A stretch of 50,476 bases of DNA from Verrucomicrobiales bacterium (GTDB lineage: Bacteria; Verrucomicrobiota; Verrucomicrobiia; Verrucomicrobiales; SLCJ01). Under the pieces are notes generated by a model that saw nothing but the letters and a program-made list of their open reading frames with translations, made no database searches and was not told the origin of the DNA. Both the position numbers and the translations under genes were made by a program. Location of the stretch: NCBI GenBank assembly GCA_046075565.1, contig JBJTQJ010000085.1:1-50476 (forward strand), given 5' to 3'. This document shows positions 37,964-46,867 of the stretch, one piece after another. Position 1 is the first letter of the stretch; every line of letters begins with the position of its first letter.

Positions 37964-39322
37964 TTAGCCACCCAATTCTTTTTCCCACTTCGCGAGTTCC
38001 CGCGCCACTCCTGCTGGGGATGGTGCTCCGGGATTTGTCCGGGCGGCGAGCGCACGATCCAAAGAGAACACGGCGGCGGCATTCGGTCCGTATTCCGGGG
38101 AAAGCGCGGCGAAATCAAACTTGTCGAGCGGCACCCCGCTTTCAAGGCTGCGAGCGACCGCCTTGCCAACGAGTTCGTGGGCATGACGGAATGGGACGCC
38201 ACACAATACGAGATGGTCCGCGAGATCCGTGGCCAGGAGCATCGGGTCCGAGGCCGCCAATAGGCAACGATCCTTGTTCACCCGCATGGCCGCGATCATT
38301 TCCGCATTCACCCGGAGGGCGAGCGATAGGGTGTCCACCGAATCGAAGAGCGGTTGTTTGTCTTCCTGGAGGTCGCGGTTGTAGGTGAGGGGAAGGCCCT
38401 TGATGGTGGTGAGCAAGGCCACGAGATTTCCTAACAAACGACCGCTCTTCCCGCGGGTCAGCTCCGCGATGTCGGGATTTTTCTTTTGCGGCATCAGCGA
38501 CGACCCGGTGGTGTGGGCATCACTGAGCGTGACGAAAGAGAATTCACTCGAGCACCAGAGGATGATGTCTTCCGAGAGACGCGAAAGGTGGGCGCCACAA
38601 AGGGCGATGACAAACAACAATTCGGCCAGGGCATCGCGGTCGGCGATGGCATCCATGGAATTCGTTGTCACGCCATCGAAGCCGAGTTCGGCGGCGATGG
38701 CATGGCGGTCGAGATTGATGGTCGAGCCGGCTAGGGCTCCAGACCCGAGCGGGCAGATGTTCACGCGTTTGCGCGTGTCGTGCAGGCGGGCGCGGTCGCG
38801 GCCGAGCATCTCGACATAGGCGAGAAGGTGGTGGGCAAAGAGCACGGGCTGCCCGCGTTGCAAATGTGTGTAGCCGGGCATGACCACGTCTTCATGCGCG
38901 CGGGCACGGGTGACGAGAGCACGCTGGAGATCCGCCATTTCCCGGTCGAGCGCGTCGATGGCATCGCGGCACCAGAGCCGGATGTCGGTAGCGACCTGAT
39001 CATTACGCGAGCGGGCGGTATGGAGTTTTGCCCCGGCCGCCCCGATACGGCGGGTGAGTTCCGCCTCGATATTCATATGCACGTCTTCAAGCTCCGTGCG
39101 CCAGGTGAATTTTCCCGATTCGATGTCTCCTGCGATACCCTGCAAACCTGCTTCGATGGCGGCAAATTCCTCTCCGGACAAAAGTCCGGCCTTCATCTGC
39201 GCACGCGCATGGGCAATCGAGCCGCGGATATCCTGATGCCAAAGCCGCCAGTCAAAGCTGACGGATTCGCCATACTGCTGGGTCAAACTCGAGGTTTCTT
39301 GCTGGAAGCGTCCTTTCCACAT
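37964..39322 (-). CDS. argH: Argininosuccinate lyase
   Basis: MWKGRF; EDVHMNIE; HTARSRNDQ; MPGYTHLQ; GSSLMPQKKNPD; YNRDLQEDK. Confidence 0.97.
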   Translation of the reverse strand: MWKGRFQQETSSLTQQYGESVSFDWRLWHQDIRGSIAHARAQMKAGLLSGEEFAAIEAGLQGIAGDIESGKFTWRTELEDVHMNIEAELTRRIGAAGAKLHTARSRNDQVATDIRLWCRDAIDALDREMADLQRALVTRARAHEDVVMPGYTHLQRGQPVLFAHHLLAYVEMLGRDRARLHDTRKRVNICPLGSGALAGSTINLDRHAIAAELGFDGVTTNSMDAIADRDALAELLFVIALCGAHLSRLSEDIILWCSSEFSFVTLSDAHTTGSSLMPQKKNPDIAELTRGKSGRLLGNLVALLTTIKGLPLTYNRDLQEDKQPLFDSVDTLSLALRVNAEMIAAMRVNKDRCLLAASDPMLLATDLADHLVLCGVPFRHAHELVGKAVARSLESGVPLDKFDFAALSPEYGPNAAAVFSLDRALAARTNPGAPSPAGVARELAKWEKELGG

Positions 39323-39353
39323 GACGGGATGATGATGTGCGGGGTGGGGGATG

Positions 39354-39878
39354 TTAGCGACGTTTGCGGGGCAGGCGTTTTCCCTGCAGCCGCGAATGGA
39401 TGAGGTGTTGGCAACGTCCGGTCTTGCGGAGTTGCTCGCAGCAGGCTTCGATGTGCAGGCTGGTGCGCGTTGATCGGAAGCCGAGCCGGCGGGTCAGGCA
39501 TTCGTTGAGGACATCGAGATGGTTGTCCTCGAATTCGAGCACTCTTCCGCAATCCACGCACACGAGGTGGTTGTGGTTCGGGCGGGCGAGGAAGTTCGGA
39601 TCGTAGTGGGCTTGGTCGCCGCCGAGTTCGATCTCGCGCAGCAGCCCGGCCTCCACCAACATGGCAATCGTGCGGTAAACCGTGGCGCGGGAGGTGCGGG
39701 GATCAATCGCCAGGGAGCGGTCCCACAACTCATCGGCGGTGAAATGTTCGTCGCTGGAAAATGCGGCCCCGATGATGGTCTCGCGTTGCCCCGTGCGCCG
39801 CATTCCCAATCTCCGGTAATGCGCCTGCAATCGCTCTTGAACGGCGGCGGGGACAGTGATGGTCGCGGATTTTGGCAT
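39354..39878 (-). CDS. Fur-family transcriptional repressor
   Basis: RRTGQRETI; HFTADEL; SRATVYRT; HNHLVCVDCGRVLEF. Confidence 0.92.
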   Translation of the reverse strand: MPKSATITVPAAVQERLQAHYRRLGMRRTGQRETIIGAAFSSDEHFTADELWDRSLAIDPRTSRATVYRTIAMLVEAGLLREIELGGDQAHYDPNFLARPNHNHLVCVDCGRVLEFEDNHLDVLNECLTRRLGFRSTRTSLHIEACCEQLRKTGRCQHLIHSRLQGKRLPRKRR

Positions 39879-39979
39879 GGCGTTACTGCACGACGTTAGG
39901 CGCGAATGGCCGATTTGGCACGGATTTATTTTCGCACGCGGGCTTGCCGCTTCCCGCGCGGGGCTGCATGATTTAGTTC

Positions 39980-40756
39980 ATGGCAAAGTGGCGAACATGG
40001 CTTTGGAAACTCGGGCTCCCCGTCGCGGTGGCCTGCGCGCTCGTCCTGCTGGCGATTTGGAGAGGGGCTCGCCAAGCCCATGATGAACGGCCTGTGCCGC
40101 CGCCCGTGCTTTCGGCCGATACACTCGCCGCGCGAGCCGGGCTTTTGCCTCTCCCGGCTACCGACTACGCGAGCGCCCCGCTCGCGGCCCAATGGGACAT
40201 GCCCATGGGTGGGCACCACGGCGCCTTCACCTACAATGCCCAACCTTTCCTCGCCCCGAATCCCGGCCGCGGTGGACTTCACCTTGGCGATGACCTCAAT
40301 GGTATCGGCCAGGAAAACACGGATTTGCATGATCCGGTGTTCGCGCCGGCCGATGGACGTGTCGTTTACGCCGGGCACCCCTCCGCCGGCTGGGGTGGGG
40401 TGATCATCCTGCTCCACCGCACGCCCGCAGGTGAATGGCGGCAGAGTTTTTTCGGTCATCTCGATCCCGATGCCCTCCATGTGGTGCCCGGCGAATGGGT
40501 GCCCCGGGGCCGCAAACTGGGGCGCTTGGCTCTCACCACGGCGGTTGATTACGCCCATCTCCATTACGAAATCCGCCGGGGGGTCACACTGAACCCGGGG
40601 CCGGGCTACGCTCCCGAGGGCGCTCGTCTCAGCGATGACACCGTCAAATTCACCGAAAAAGAGGAGGGAATCGTCGGATTGCCAGCGGCGGCGGATTATG
40701 GTCGCGAACCTTTCCGGACCCAGTCTGGGGATGGAAAGGCACCCAGAAAGCCGTAA
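39980..40756 (+). CDS. M23-family metallopeptidase, membrane-anchored
   Basis: N-terminal TM; HLGDD (HxxxD); PVFAPADGRV; FFGHL; HLHYEIR (HxH). Confidence 0.88.
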   Translation: MAKWRTWLWKLGLPVAVACALVLLAIWRGARQAHDERPVPPPVLSADTLAARAGLLPLPATDYASAPLAAQWDMPMGGHHGAFTYNAQPFLAPNPGRGGLHLGDDLNGIGQENTDLHDPVFAPADGRVVYAGHPSAGWGGVIILLHRTPAGEWRQSFFGHLDPDALHVVPGEWVPRGRKLGRLALTTAVDYAHLHYEIRRGVTLNPGPGYAPEGARLSDDTVKFTEKEEGIVGLPAAADYGREPFRTQSGDGKAPRKP

Positions 40757-40772
40757 AAGCTTGATAATCAAG

Positions 40773-40870
40773 GACTGCCAGGGAACCACGGCAATGCCGG
40801 ACATGCTACCGTTGCTGCATTCCTGCCCTGGCGGGGTTCGCGAGCCGGAACTCCATGGCCCCTGACAGCG
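40773..40870 (-). ncRNA. ffs: Signal recognition particle RNA (bacterial small SRP, 4.5S)
   Basis: Minus strand folds as one long hairpin: 5' GCTGTCAGGGGCCATGG pairs with 3' CCGTGGTTCCCTGGCAGT. Helix 8 is CCAGG-GCA-GGAA-TGC-AGCAAC. Confidence 0.9.
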
Positions 40871-41055
40871 GGTAAGGATCGCATCGGTCGGGGTCTTCTC
40901 AAGTTCTTTCGAAAGGAAAAATTCGCTAAAATTTATCCCGAGAAGTGAAATTTCTGAATGTAAGACTGGACAAGTGGGCTGGGAACCTTTTTCATTGCGC
41001 AAGTTAGGGTAATTGCCCTATTTTCACGAAGTAAGACAAGTTCCGTTCCACACCC

Positions 41056-42033
41056 ATGAAAGTTTCCGATATCCTGACCTTGGTCGCCGTGCTCGCGGCG
41101 GGTGCCAGTGCCTACTTTGCCTACGAGAGTTGGCAGGACTTCCACGGCAAGCCATTTGACGAAACGGTCAGGGGCGATAGCGGAGCCCGCAAACTTCGTT
41201 ACACCAAGAATAGCACCACGCCCCGCGCTCCGTTGGTTGCCACCCTTTTGCAGCGCAAGAACTTTCTCGCCGAACGCCTGGGTGTGTTGGAAACCAAAGA
41301 AGGTGAACTCGCCGGTCTGCGCAAAGACGTCGCCGGACTGGAGAAGGAAAACAAGGAACTCGCCGAAGAAATCCTGAAGGCCACCAGCGAAAAAGCCGAT
41401 ATGCAGGAGGAGGTGCGCAAGAAGAACCGCTCGATCGAGGACAACAAGGAAACGATCAAGAAGTATGAGGAAGCGCTCAGCTCGGCCGGGAACCCCGATG
41501 ACTTGAAGCGTCAAGTCTCGGAAAACATTGAACGCCTCAAACAAGCCGAAACGGATTTGGCCAACGAAAAGGCGAATCTTGAAGCCGCCCTTCAGCGCAA
41601 GGCGAATCTTGAAGCCTCCCTTGCCGCAATCCGCCGCAAGGAAACGATGCAGCAGTCCGGTCAGATGGAAGCGGATTTCCGCACGACCGTGCGCGAGGTC
41701 TTCACCCGTTGGGGGTTTGTCACCATCAATGGCGGGGCATCCAGCGGCGTCAATGCCAAAACCAAGCTTCACGTGATGCGTGGTGCCGACAAGATTGCCG
41801 ACCTTCAGGTCACCACGGTCGAGCCCGGTGTCTCGGTCTGCGCGGTCGTTCCCGGCACACTTGGCGCCGACATGGCGATCGCTCCCGGCGACAAGATTGT
41901 GGTCGCGAAAATCGAGTCCACCCCGACCGAAATTACCGAGCCCGCTCCGGCAGCCGCTCCCGCACCTGCTCCTGCAGATTCTCCATTCGGAGAGGTCCCC
42001 GCTGCCGCACCCGCCGAGCCCGCCGGATTCTGA
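41056..42033 (+). CDS. Hypothetical membrane-anchored coiled-coil protein with C-terminal beta-barrel and Pro/Ala tail
   Basis: N-terminal TM; ~140-aa heptad region; WGFVTINGG...VMRG...APGDKI. Confidence 0.8.
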   Translation: MKVSDILTLVAVLAAGASAYFAYESWQDFHGKPFDETVRGDSGARKLRYTKNSTTPRAPLVATLLQRKNFLAERLGVLETKEGELAGLRKDVAGLEKENKELAEEILKATSEKADMQEEVRKKNRSIEDNKETIKKYEEALSSAGNPDDLKRQVSENIERLKQAETDLANEKANLEAALQRKANLEASLAAIRRKETMQQSGQMEADFRTTVREVFTRWGFVTINGGASSGVNAKTKLHVMRGADKIADLQVTTVEPGVSVCAVVPGTLGADMAIAPGDKIVVAKIESTPTEITEPAPAAAPAPAPADSPFGEVPAAAPAEPAGF

Positions 42034-42075
42034 TTTCATTTCCTCCCTCACTCTCACACCTCACCCGTCCCGACC

Positions 42076-42882
42076 ATGGCCAAGACCATCATCCTTTTCC
42101 TCGCTCTTCTGTTCACGGGAGCCACCTCCTATTTCAGTTGGACGAACCTCAATAAAATGAAGGAGATCCGCTCGACCATCCACGAGCGCGAACGCGACAT
42201 CGATGCCGCCGTCACCAACATTGAAAAAACCGACGGATTGATCGCCACCACGACCAACCAGAAGAAAGCCGAGAACACGAAGAAGGGACAACAAACCGGT
42301 GAACGTAACGGTCTACTGGGCGATATCGCCGGCTTCAAAAACGAGCTGCCCCGTCTTGATGCCACACTCACCAGCCAACAGGCTGAGATCAAGAAATACG
42401 AAGACGCCATCGCCGAACTCAAGAAGTTCTTCGAGTCCATGAACGTGAACGACATGGAAGAGTTGAACGATGTGATCAAGAAGCTGGCCAACGACAAGGT
42501 CGAACGCGAGAAGCAAGTGGCCGAGACCCAGGCTCTCGTGGAAGGCGCCAATACCGCGAACGCCCGTCTCGAGGAACTGCTTGGTGGAGCCCGCAGCCGC
42601 CAAATGGATCGCAACCGTGGCATTCAAGCCAATACCGCCGAGGCCACCATCGTTGCTGTCAATCAGGACTGGGGATTCGTCATCATCAATGCCGGCGAGA
42701 ATGTCGGTTTCCGCGGCGATAGCCAGCTCATGGTCAAACGCGGAGAAACTTTCGTGGGCCGCCTCAATATCACTTCCATCAGCAAAGGCCAGATGGTCGC
42801 CGACATCGTTACCAAGTCCTTGCCGAAGGGCATGGTCGTGATGCCGGGTGACCGTGTGATGCTTGTCGCTCCGAACCGCTGA
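42076..42882 (+). CDS. Hypothetical membrane-anchored coiled-coil protein, paralog of the upstream gene
   Basis: N-terminal TM; coiled coil; WGFVIINAG...VKRG...MPGDRV. Confidence 0.8.
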   Translation: MAKTIILFLALLFTGATSYFSWTNLNKMKEIRSTIHERERDIDAAVTNIEKTDGLIATTTNQKKAENTKKGQQTGERNGLLGDIAGFKNELPRLDATLTSQQAEIKKYEDAIAELKKFFESMNVNDMEELNDVIKKLANDKVEREKQVAETQALVEGANTANARLEELLGGARSRQMDRNRGIQANTAEATIVAVNQDWGFVIINAGENVGFRGDSQLMVKRGETFVGRLNITSISKGQMVADIVTKSLPKGMVVMPGDRVMLVAPNR

Positions 42883-42945
42883 TATCTCGACCGTCTCCTT
42901 CCCGGAACGAGACTCTTTATCACCCGGCTCCTGCCGCTTCAGCCC

Positions 42946-43122
42946 ATGCGCACTACCCTTCCTATTCTGTTGGTTGCCGCTTTCGCGTATCTGGTGCTTC
43001 CAGCGTGCGAGCAGACGAAACCACGCGGGCCGCAATCGAAGTCCAGCACCATGCCATGGGATCGCCCGAAAGCCGGACAGGGAGCCGGTGCCTTGGGTAG
43101 CATGATGCCGAGGCAGGACTGA
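42946..43122 (+). CDS. Small putative lipoprotein (58 aa, not in ORF track)
   Basis: MRTTLPILLVAAFAYLVLPACEQTKPRGPQSKSSTMPWDRPKAGQGAGALGSMMPRQD. Lipobox-like LPAC. Fills the gap between co-oriented genes. Confidence 0.7.
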   Translation: MRTTLPILLVAAFAYLVLPACEQTKPRGPQSKSSTMPWDRPKAGQGAGALGSMMPRQD

Positions 43123-43220
43123 ATCCGCCCTCCCGCGTGGAACCGGATCCTCAGGCCGCCCCGCTTGATCGCGTTGCCATTGGCGATCAGCATGACGCCA
43201 CTGGCCCGACCGATTCCGGG

Positions 43221-43682
43221 TTGAATGTCGTGCTTGTTTCGCCCGAAATTCCACCCAACACCGGGAATATCGGGCGACTATGCCTGGCCACCGGTGCGGT
43301 TCTCCATCTTGTGCGTCCGCTTGGATTCGACATCGACGACCGCACGCTCAAACGCGCCGGACTCGACTACTGGCAGGATGTGACGGTCCGGCATTGGGAA
43401 AATCGCCAGCTTTACCGCTCGACGCCCATTCAAGGGCGGCGCTATCTGCTCACGACCAAGTCCGACCGGCCGTATTGGGACGCAAGTTTCCAACCCGGCG
43501 ACCATCTTGTTTTCGGCTGTGAAACCAAAGGACTTCCCGAATCTTGGCTGCACGAAGAACCGGAAAACTGCCTCACCATTCCCATGTGCGGTGCCCGCAG
43601 TCTCAACCTCGCCACCGCCGTCGGGATCGTGCTTTACGAAGCCGTGCGCCAGCAGTCGAAAAACCTCGGAATTCGTTTTTGA
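43221..43682 (+). CDS. trmL: tRNA (cytidine/uridine-34-2'-O)-methyltransferase TrmL
   Basis: PEIPPNTGNIGRLC; KRAGLDYW; FGCETKGLP; RSLNLA. TTG start assumed; alternative GTG at 43137. Confidence 0.93.
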   Translation: MNVVLVSPEIPPNTGNIGRLCLATGAVLHLVRPLGFDIDDRTLKRAGLDYWQDVTVRHWENRQLYRSTPIQGRRYLLTTKSDRPYWDASFQPGDHLVFGCETKGLPESWLHEEPENCLTIPMCGARSLNLATAVGIVLYEAVRQQSKNLGIRF

Positions 43683-43693
43683 GGGAGAAGAAT

Positions 43694-43813
43694 GCTGGGA
43701 ACGCCGACGTCCCCGTCGGCTTCAGGAAAATCCCCGCTGTTCGAACGGGTCAGGCTTTTGTTGTTGCGACGGAAAACGCTGGGAACGCCGACGTCCCCGT
43801 CGGCCTCAGGAAA
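43694..43813 (+). repeat. Two direct copies of a REP-like hairpin
   Basis: GCTGGGAACGCCGACGTCCCCGTCGGC(T/C)TCAGGAAA at 43694-43729 and 43778-43813, 35/36 identical. Confidence 0.85.
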
Positions 43814-43924
43814 TCCGCCGCGAACCCTTCTCATGAGTCATCCTTCCGCGCGACCCAACCCATCCCCTCATCGCCGATCCTTCTTTTTCTGTGATCGCCT
43901 GTCGACAGTGGGGTAAACTACGCC

Positions 43925-44845
43925 ATGAATCATCAAGGAGGGAAATCCGAGAATCCACGACGTCGCCCATGGGGCAAGGACGCCGCTCGGGGCGCACCCC
44001 GGCGGGGATTCGGATCCCGGGGAGAATCCCCCGCCCGCGATGCGCGGGAAACCCACCGTGATGCCCCAGCTTCCGATCGGGGATGGGATGCGGTCGCTTC
44101 TTGGTATGACAAACTCGTCGGTGAGCAAGGCTCCGACTACCACCGTCATGTCATTATCCCCGCCGTCATGGAAATGCTCGCCCTTCGCTCCGGCGAAGTC
44201 GTGCTCGATCTTTGCTGCGGCCAGGGTGTGATGGTCCGCCCGCTCATCGCCGCTGGAGCAGGCCGCATCACAGGAGTGGATGCCAGCCCGAAATTGATCG
44301 CGGCCGCGCGCAAACGCTACGCCCTGGATGGCGGGGCCGAATTCCTCGTTGCCGATGCGACCAGGCCCGGACCATGGACGAATGGAACCTTCGATGCGGC
44401 CGTCTGTGTGCTCGCCGTGCATGATGTCGCCGACATGGAAGCTCTCTTCCGTCAACTCGGTGCCGCTCTCAAGCCCGGCGGCCGTGCCGTGCTCGTCGTC
44501 ATGCACCCTTGTTTCCGCATTCCCCGGCAGTCGCATTGGGGATGGGACGAGGAAAGGAAAATCCAATTCCGGCGATTGGATTGTTATCAGAGTCCGATTG
44601 CCATTCCCATCACCACACATCCCGGTCGTGGTGGCGCGGAGCAAACCCTCTTCCATCACCGTTCGCTCGAGGCCTATCTCAATGCCCTCGGCCAAGCCGG
44701 CCTTGGCGTGACCGGAGCGTCAGAGCTAGCCACCCACCGACGCTCCCAACCCGGACCTCGTAGCCGTGGCGAACACCGCGCCGCCCGCGAGTTTCCCGTC
44801 TTCCTCGCGCTCAAGGTCACATCCCTTCGCGCTCGCGGGAAATAG
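43925..44845 (+). CDS. Class I SAM-dependent methyltransferase
   Basis: WDAVASWYD; VLDLCCGQG; GVDASP; LKPGGR; HPCF. Confidence 0.88.
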   Translation: MNHQGGKSENPRRRPWGKDAARGAPRRGFGSRGESPARDARETHRDAPASDRGWDAVASWYDKLVGEQGSDYHRHVIIPAVMEMLALRSGEVVLDLCCGQGVMVRPLIAAGAGRITGVDASPKLIAAARKRYALDGGAEFLVADATRPGPWTNGTFDAAVCVLAVHDVADMEALFRQLGAALKPGGRAVLVVMHPCFRIPRQSHWGWDEERKIQFRRLDCYQSPIAIPITTHPGRGGAEQTLFHHRSLEAYLNALGQAGLGVTGASELATHRRSQPGPRSRGEHRAAREFPVFLALKVTSLRARGK

Positions 44846-44893
44846 GAGTTTCCTAAATGATCCTATGCCGGCCCGAATGAATGGGTGAGCAGA

Positions 44894-44930
44894 AAACAGA
44901 AAGGCCCGGCGGAGCGGATCCACCGGGCCT
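44894..44930 (-). terminator. Rho-independent terminator downstream of kdgK
   Basis: Minus strand AGGCCCGGTGGATCCGCTCCGCCGGGCCT followed by TTCTGTTTT. Confidence 0.65.
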
Positions 44931-44959
44931 CGTTGTGAAGATGGTCTTCTGTTAGAAGC

Positions 44960-46054
44960 TCAACGATCCACACGCGCTCCACCGCCGCCGGCAAGTTTTT
45001 CAACTTCCTTGAGGGTGGCCATGGTGGTGTCGCCGGGGGTGGTCATGGCGAGAGCGCCGTGTGCGGCCCCGTATTCGACGGCGGCTTGCACATCACCTTT
45101 GATCATGAGCCCGTAGATGAGGCCGGAGGCGAAGGAATCGCCGCCGCCGACGCGGTCGAGGATCTCGAGGTTCGGACGGTGGGTCGCTTCGTGGAATTTT
45201 CCATCGCTCCAGCAGATCGCTCCCCAGTCGTTGATGGTGGCGGTCTTCACTCCGCGCAGGGTGGTCGCGACGACCTGGAAGTTCGGGTAGGCTTTCACGG
45301 CCTGGTTGATCATGGCCTTGAAGCTTTCGATTTCGAGGTTGGTCAGGTTGGCGTCCACGCCTTCGACATGCATGCCGAGGCTGGCGGAGAAGTCTTCTTC
45401 ATTGCCAATCATCACGTCCACCATGGAAGCGAGACGTTGGTTTACTTCCTGGGCTTTGGCTTGTCCACCGATGGATTTCCAGAGCGACGGGCGGTAGTTC
45501 AGGTCATAGGAAATACGCGTGCCGTATTTGCGGGCGGCGATCATGGCTTCTTCCGTAACGGCGGCCGTCGATTCGGAGAGGGCGGCGTAGATGCCACCGG
45601 TATGCAACCAACGTGCTCCGAGTTTTCCAAAGATGGTTTCCCAATCGATCTGACCGGGTTTCATCTGGCTGGCGGCGGTGTGGCCGCGATCCGGCACGCC
45701 CACGGCTCCGCGCACGCCGAATCCGCGCTCGGTGAAGTTGAGGCCATTGCGCACGGTGCGTCCGCAGCCATCATAAGGCACCCACTGGATGAAACGCGTG
45801 TCCACGCCGCCCTGGAGGATGAAGTCTTCGAGCAAACGGCCGACTTCGTTTTCGGCGAAGGCGGTGACGACAGCGGCGCGCAGACCGAAGCAACGGCGCA
45901 AGCCGCGCGCGACATTGTATTCGCCGCCACCTTCCCAGGCGCGGAATTCGCGGGCGGTGCGCACGCGGCCTTCGCCGGGATCGAGGCGGAGCATCACTTC
46001 GCCGAGGGAGACGATATCATAGAAACATTCAGAGGCTGGTTTGACGGTGATCAT
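44960..46054 (-). CDS. kdgK: PfkB-family sugar kinase (2-keto-3-deoxygluconate kinase-like)
   Basis: SLGEVMLRL; GGGEYNVA; YDLNYRPSLW; DRVGGGDSFASG. Adjacent to eda. Confidence 0.85.
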   Translation of the reverse strand: MITVKPASECFYDIVSLGEVMLRLDPGEGRVRTAREFRAWEGGGEYNVARGLRRCFGLRAAVVTAFAENEVGRLLEDFILQGGVDTRFIQWVPYDGCGRTVRNGLNFTERGFGVRGAVGVPDRGHTAASQMKPGQIDWETIFGKLGARWLHTGGIYAALSESTAAVTEEAMIAARKYGTRISYDLNYRPSLWKSIGGQAKAQEVNQRLASMVDVMIGNEEDFSASLGMHVEGVDANLTNLEIESFKAMINQAVKAYPNFQVVATTLRGVKTATINDWGAICWSDGKFHEATHRPNLEILDRVGGGDSFASGLIYGLMIKGDVQAAVEYGAAHGALAMTTPGDTTMATLKEVEKLAGGGGARVDR

Positions 46055-46095
46055 GGTTTGGGATGGGATGATTGGTGTTTGGGGGAAAGGTTGTT

Positions 46096-46722
46096 TCAGG
46101 GATTTCTGGCGATGGTTACGGCCTCACGGGTGAGCGAAGCGATGCGATTGAAGTCGCCCGCTTTGAGCGCGTCACCGGGCACCATCCAGGAGCCGCCGAC
46201 CGCGACCACCTGAGCGTGTTGGAGGTAGCCGGTGGCCTGGGCGGCTCCGATACCTCCGGTGGGAACGAATTTCGCCTTGGTGAAGGGCGCGGCAAGGGCT
46301 TTCAGCATGGAGATGCCTCCCAAGGGTTCGGCCGGAAAAAATTTCACCACGGTGGCTCCCGCATCCATGGCCATCATGATCTCGGTGCCGGTGGCGATGC
46401 CGGGAAAAATGGGCACCTCCTTTTTCACCGCCCACTGGATCACGGGCACGGAAACGCCGGGAGAAACGAGAAATTTCGCGCCCGCTGCCACGGCTTCTTC
46501 CGCTTGCCCAACCGAGATGACCGTCCCGGCTCCGACCAGCACGCCGGGTATGGCGGCGGCAGCGCGGATGGCTTCCAGGGCCGCAGGAGTGCGCAGAGTG
46601 AATTCGACGATGGGCAGTCCGTTGTCGCGCAGGGTTTCGGCCAGACTGGCAGCCTTCGCGGCATCTTCAATCACGACCACCGGCAACAATCGGTGTGTCC
46701 TAAGGGCTTCCAAAGTATCCAT
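46096..46722 (-). CDS. eda: KDPG/KHG aldolase
   Basis: EFTLRT; GAGTV; FLVSPG; KFFPAEPLGG; PTGGI; AVGGSW. Confidence 0.93.
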   Translation of the reverse strand: MDTLEALRTHRLLPVVVIEDAAKAASLAETLRDNGLPIVEFTLRTPAALEAIRAAAAIPGVLVGAGTVISVGQAEEAVAAGAKFLVSPGVSVPVIQWAVKKEVPIFPGIATGTEIMMAMDAGATVVKFFPAEPLGGISMLKALAAPFTKAKFVPTGGIGAAQATGYLQHAQVVAVGGSWMVPGDALKAGDFNRIASLTREAVTIARNP

Positions 46723-46867
46723 AGTTTGATGTTTCGTATGGTGTCCGAAATCAAAGTTCAAGCGGATTTGGCGATTTGCAAGAGCGGAGAGGAAAAAAAG
46801 CCCTTCTTTCCGTGTTCCAGGTGTTTTCGATGGTTTGCCCGGTATCATTGGGTAAGCTTCGTCCCGC

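Noticed and set aside
36856..37988. Short ORFs in the kinase-argH gap
   Set aside because: They are composed of repeat elements and show no transposase motifs.
39926..41002. 358-aa minus-strand ORF
   Set aside because: Antisense to the M23 peptidase and overlapping the SRP RNA.
41569..41622. 30-nt-period tandem repeat
   Set aside because: A coding repeat (KANLEAALQR/KANLEASL) within the coiled coil.
43694..43813. CRISPR-like 36-bp repeat-spacer-repeat
   Set aside because: Only two units, no cas genes or leader, and the hairpin resembles the REP families.
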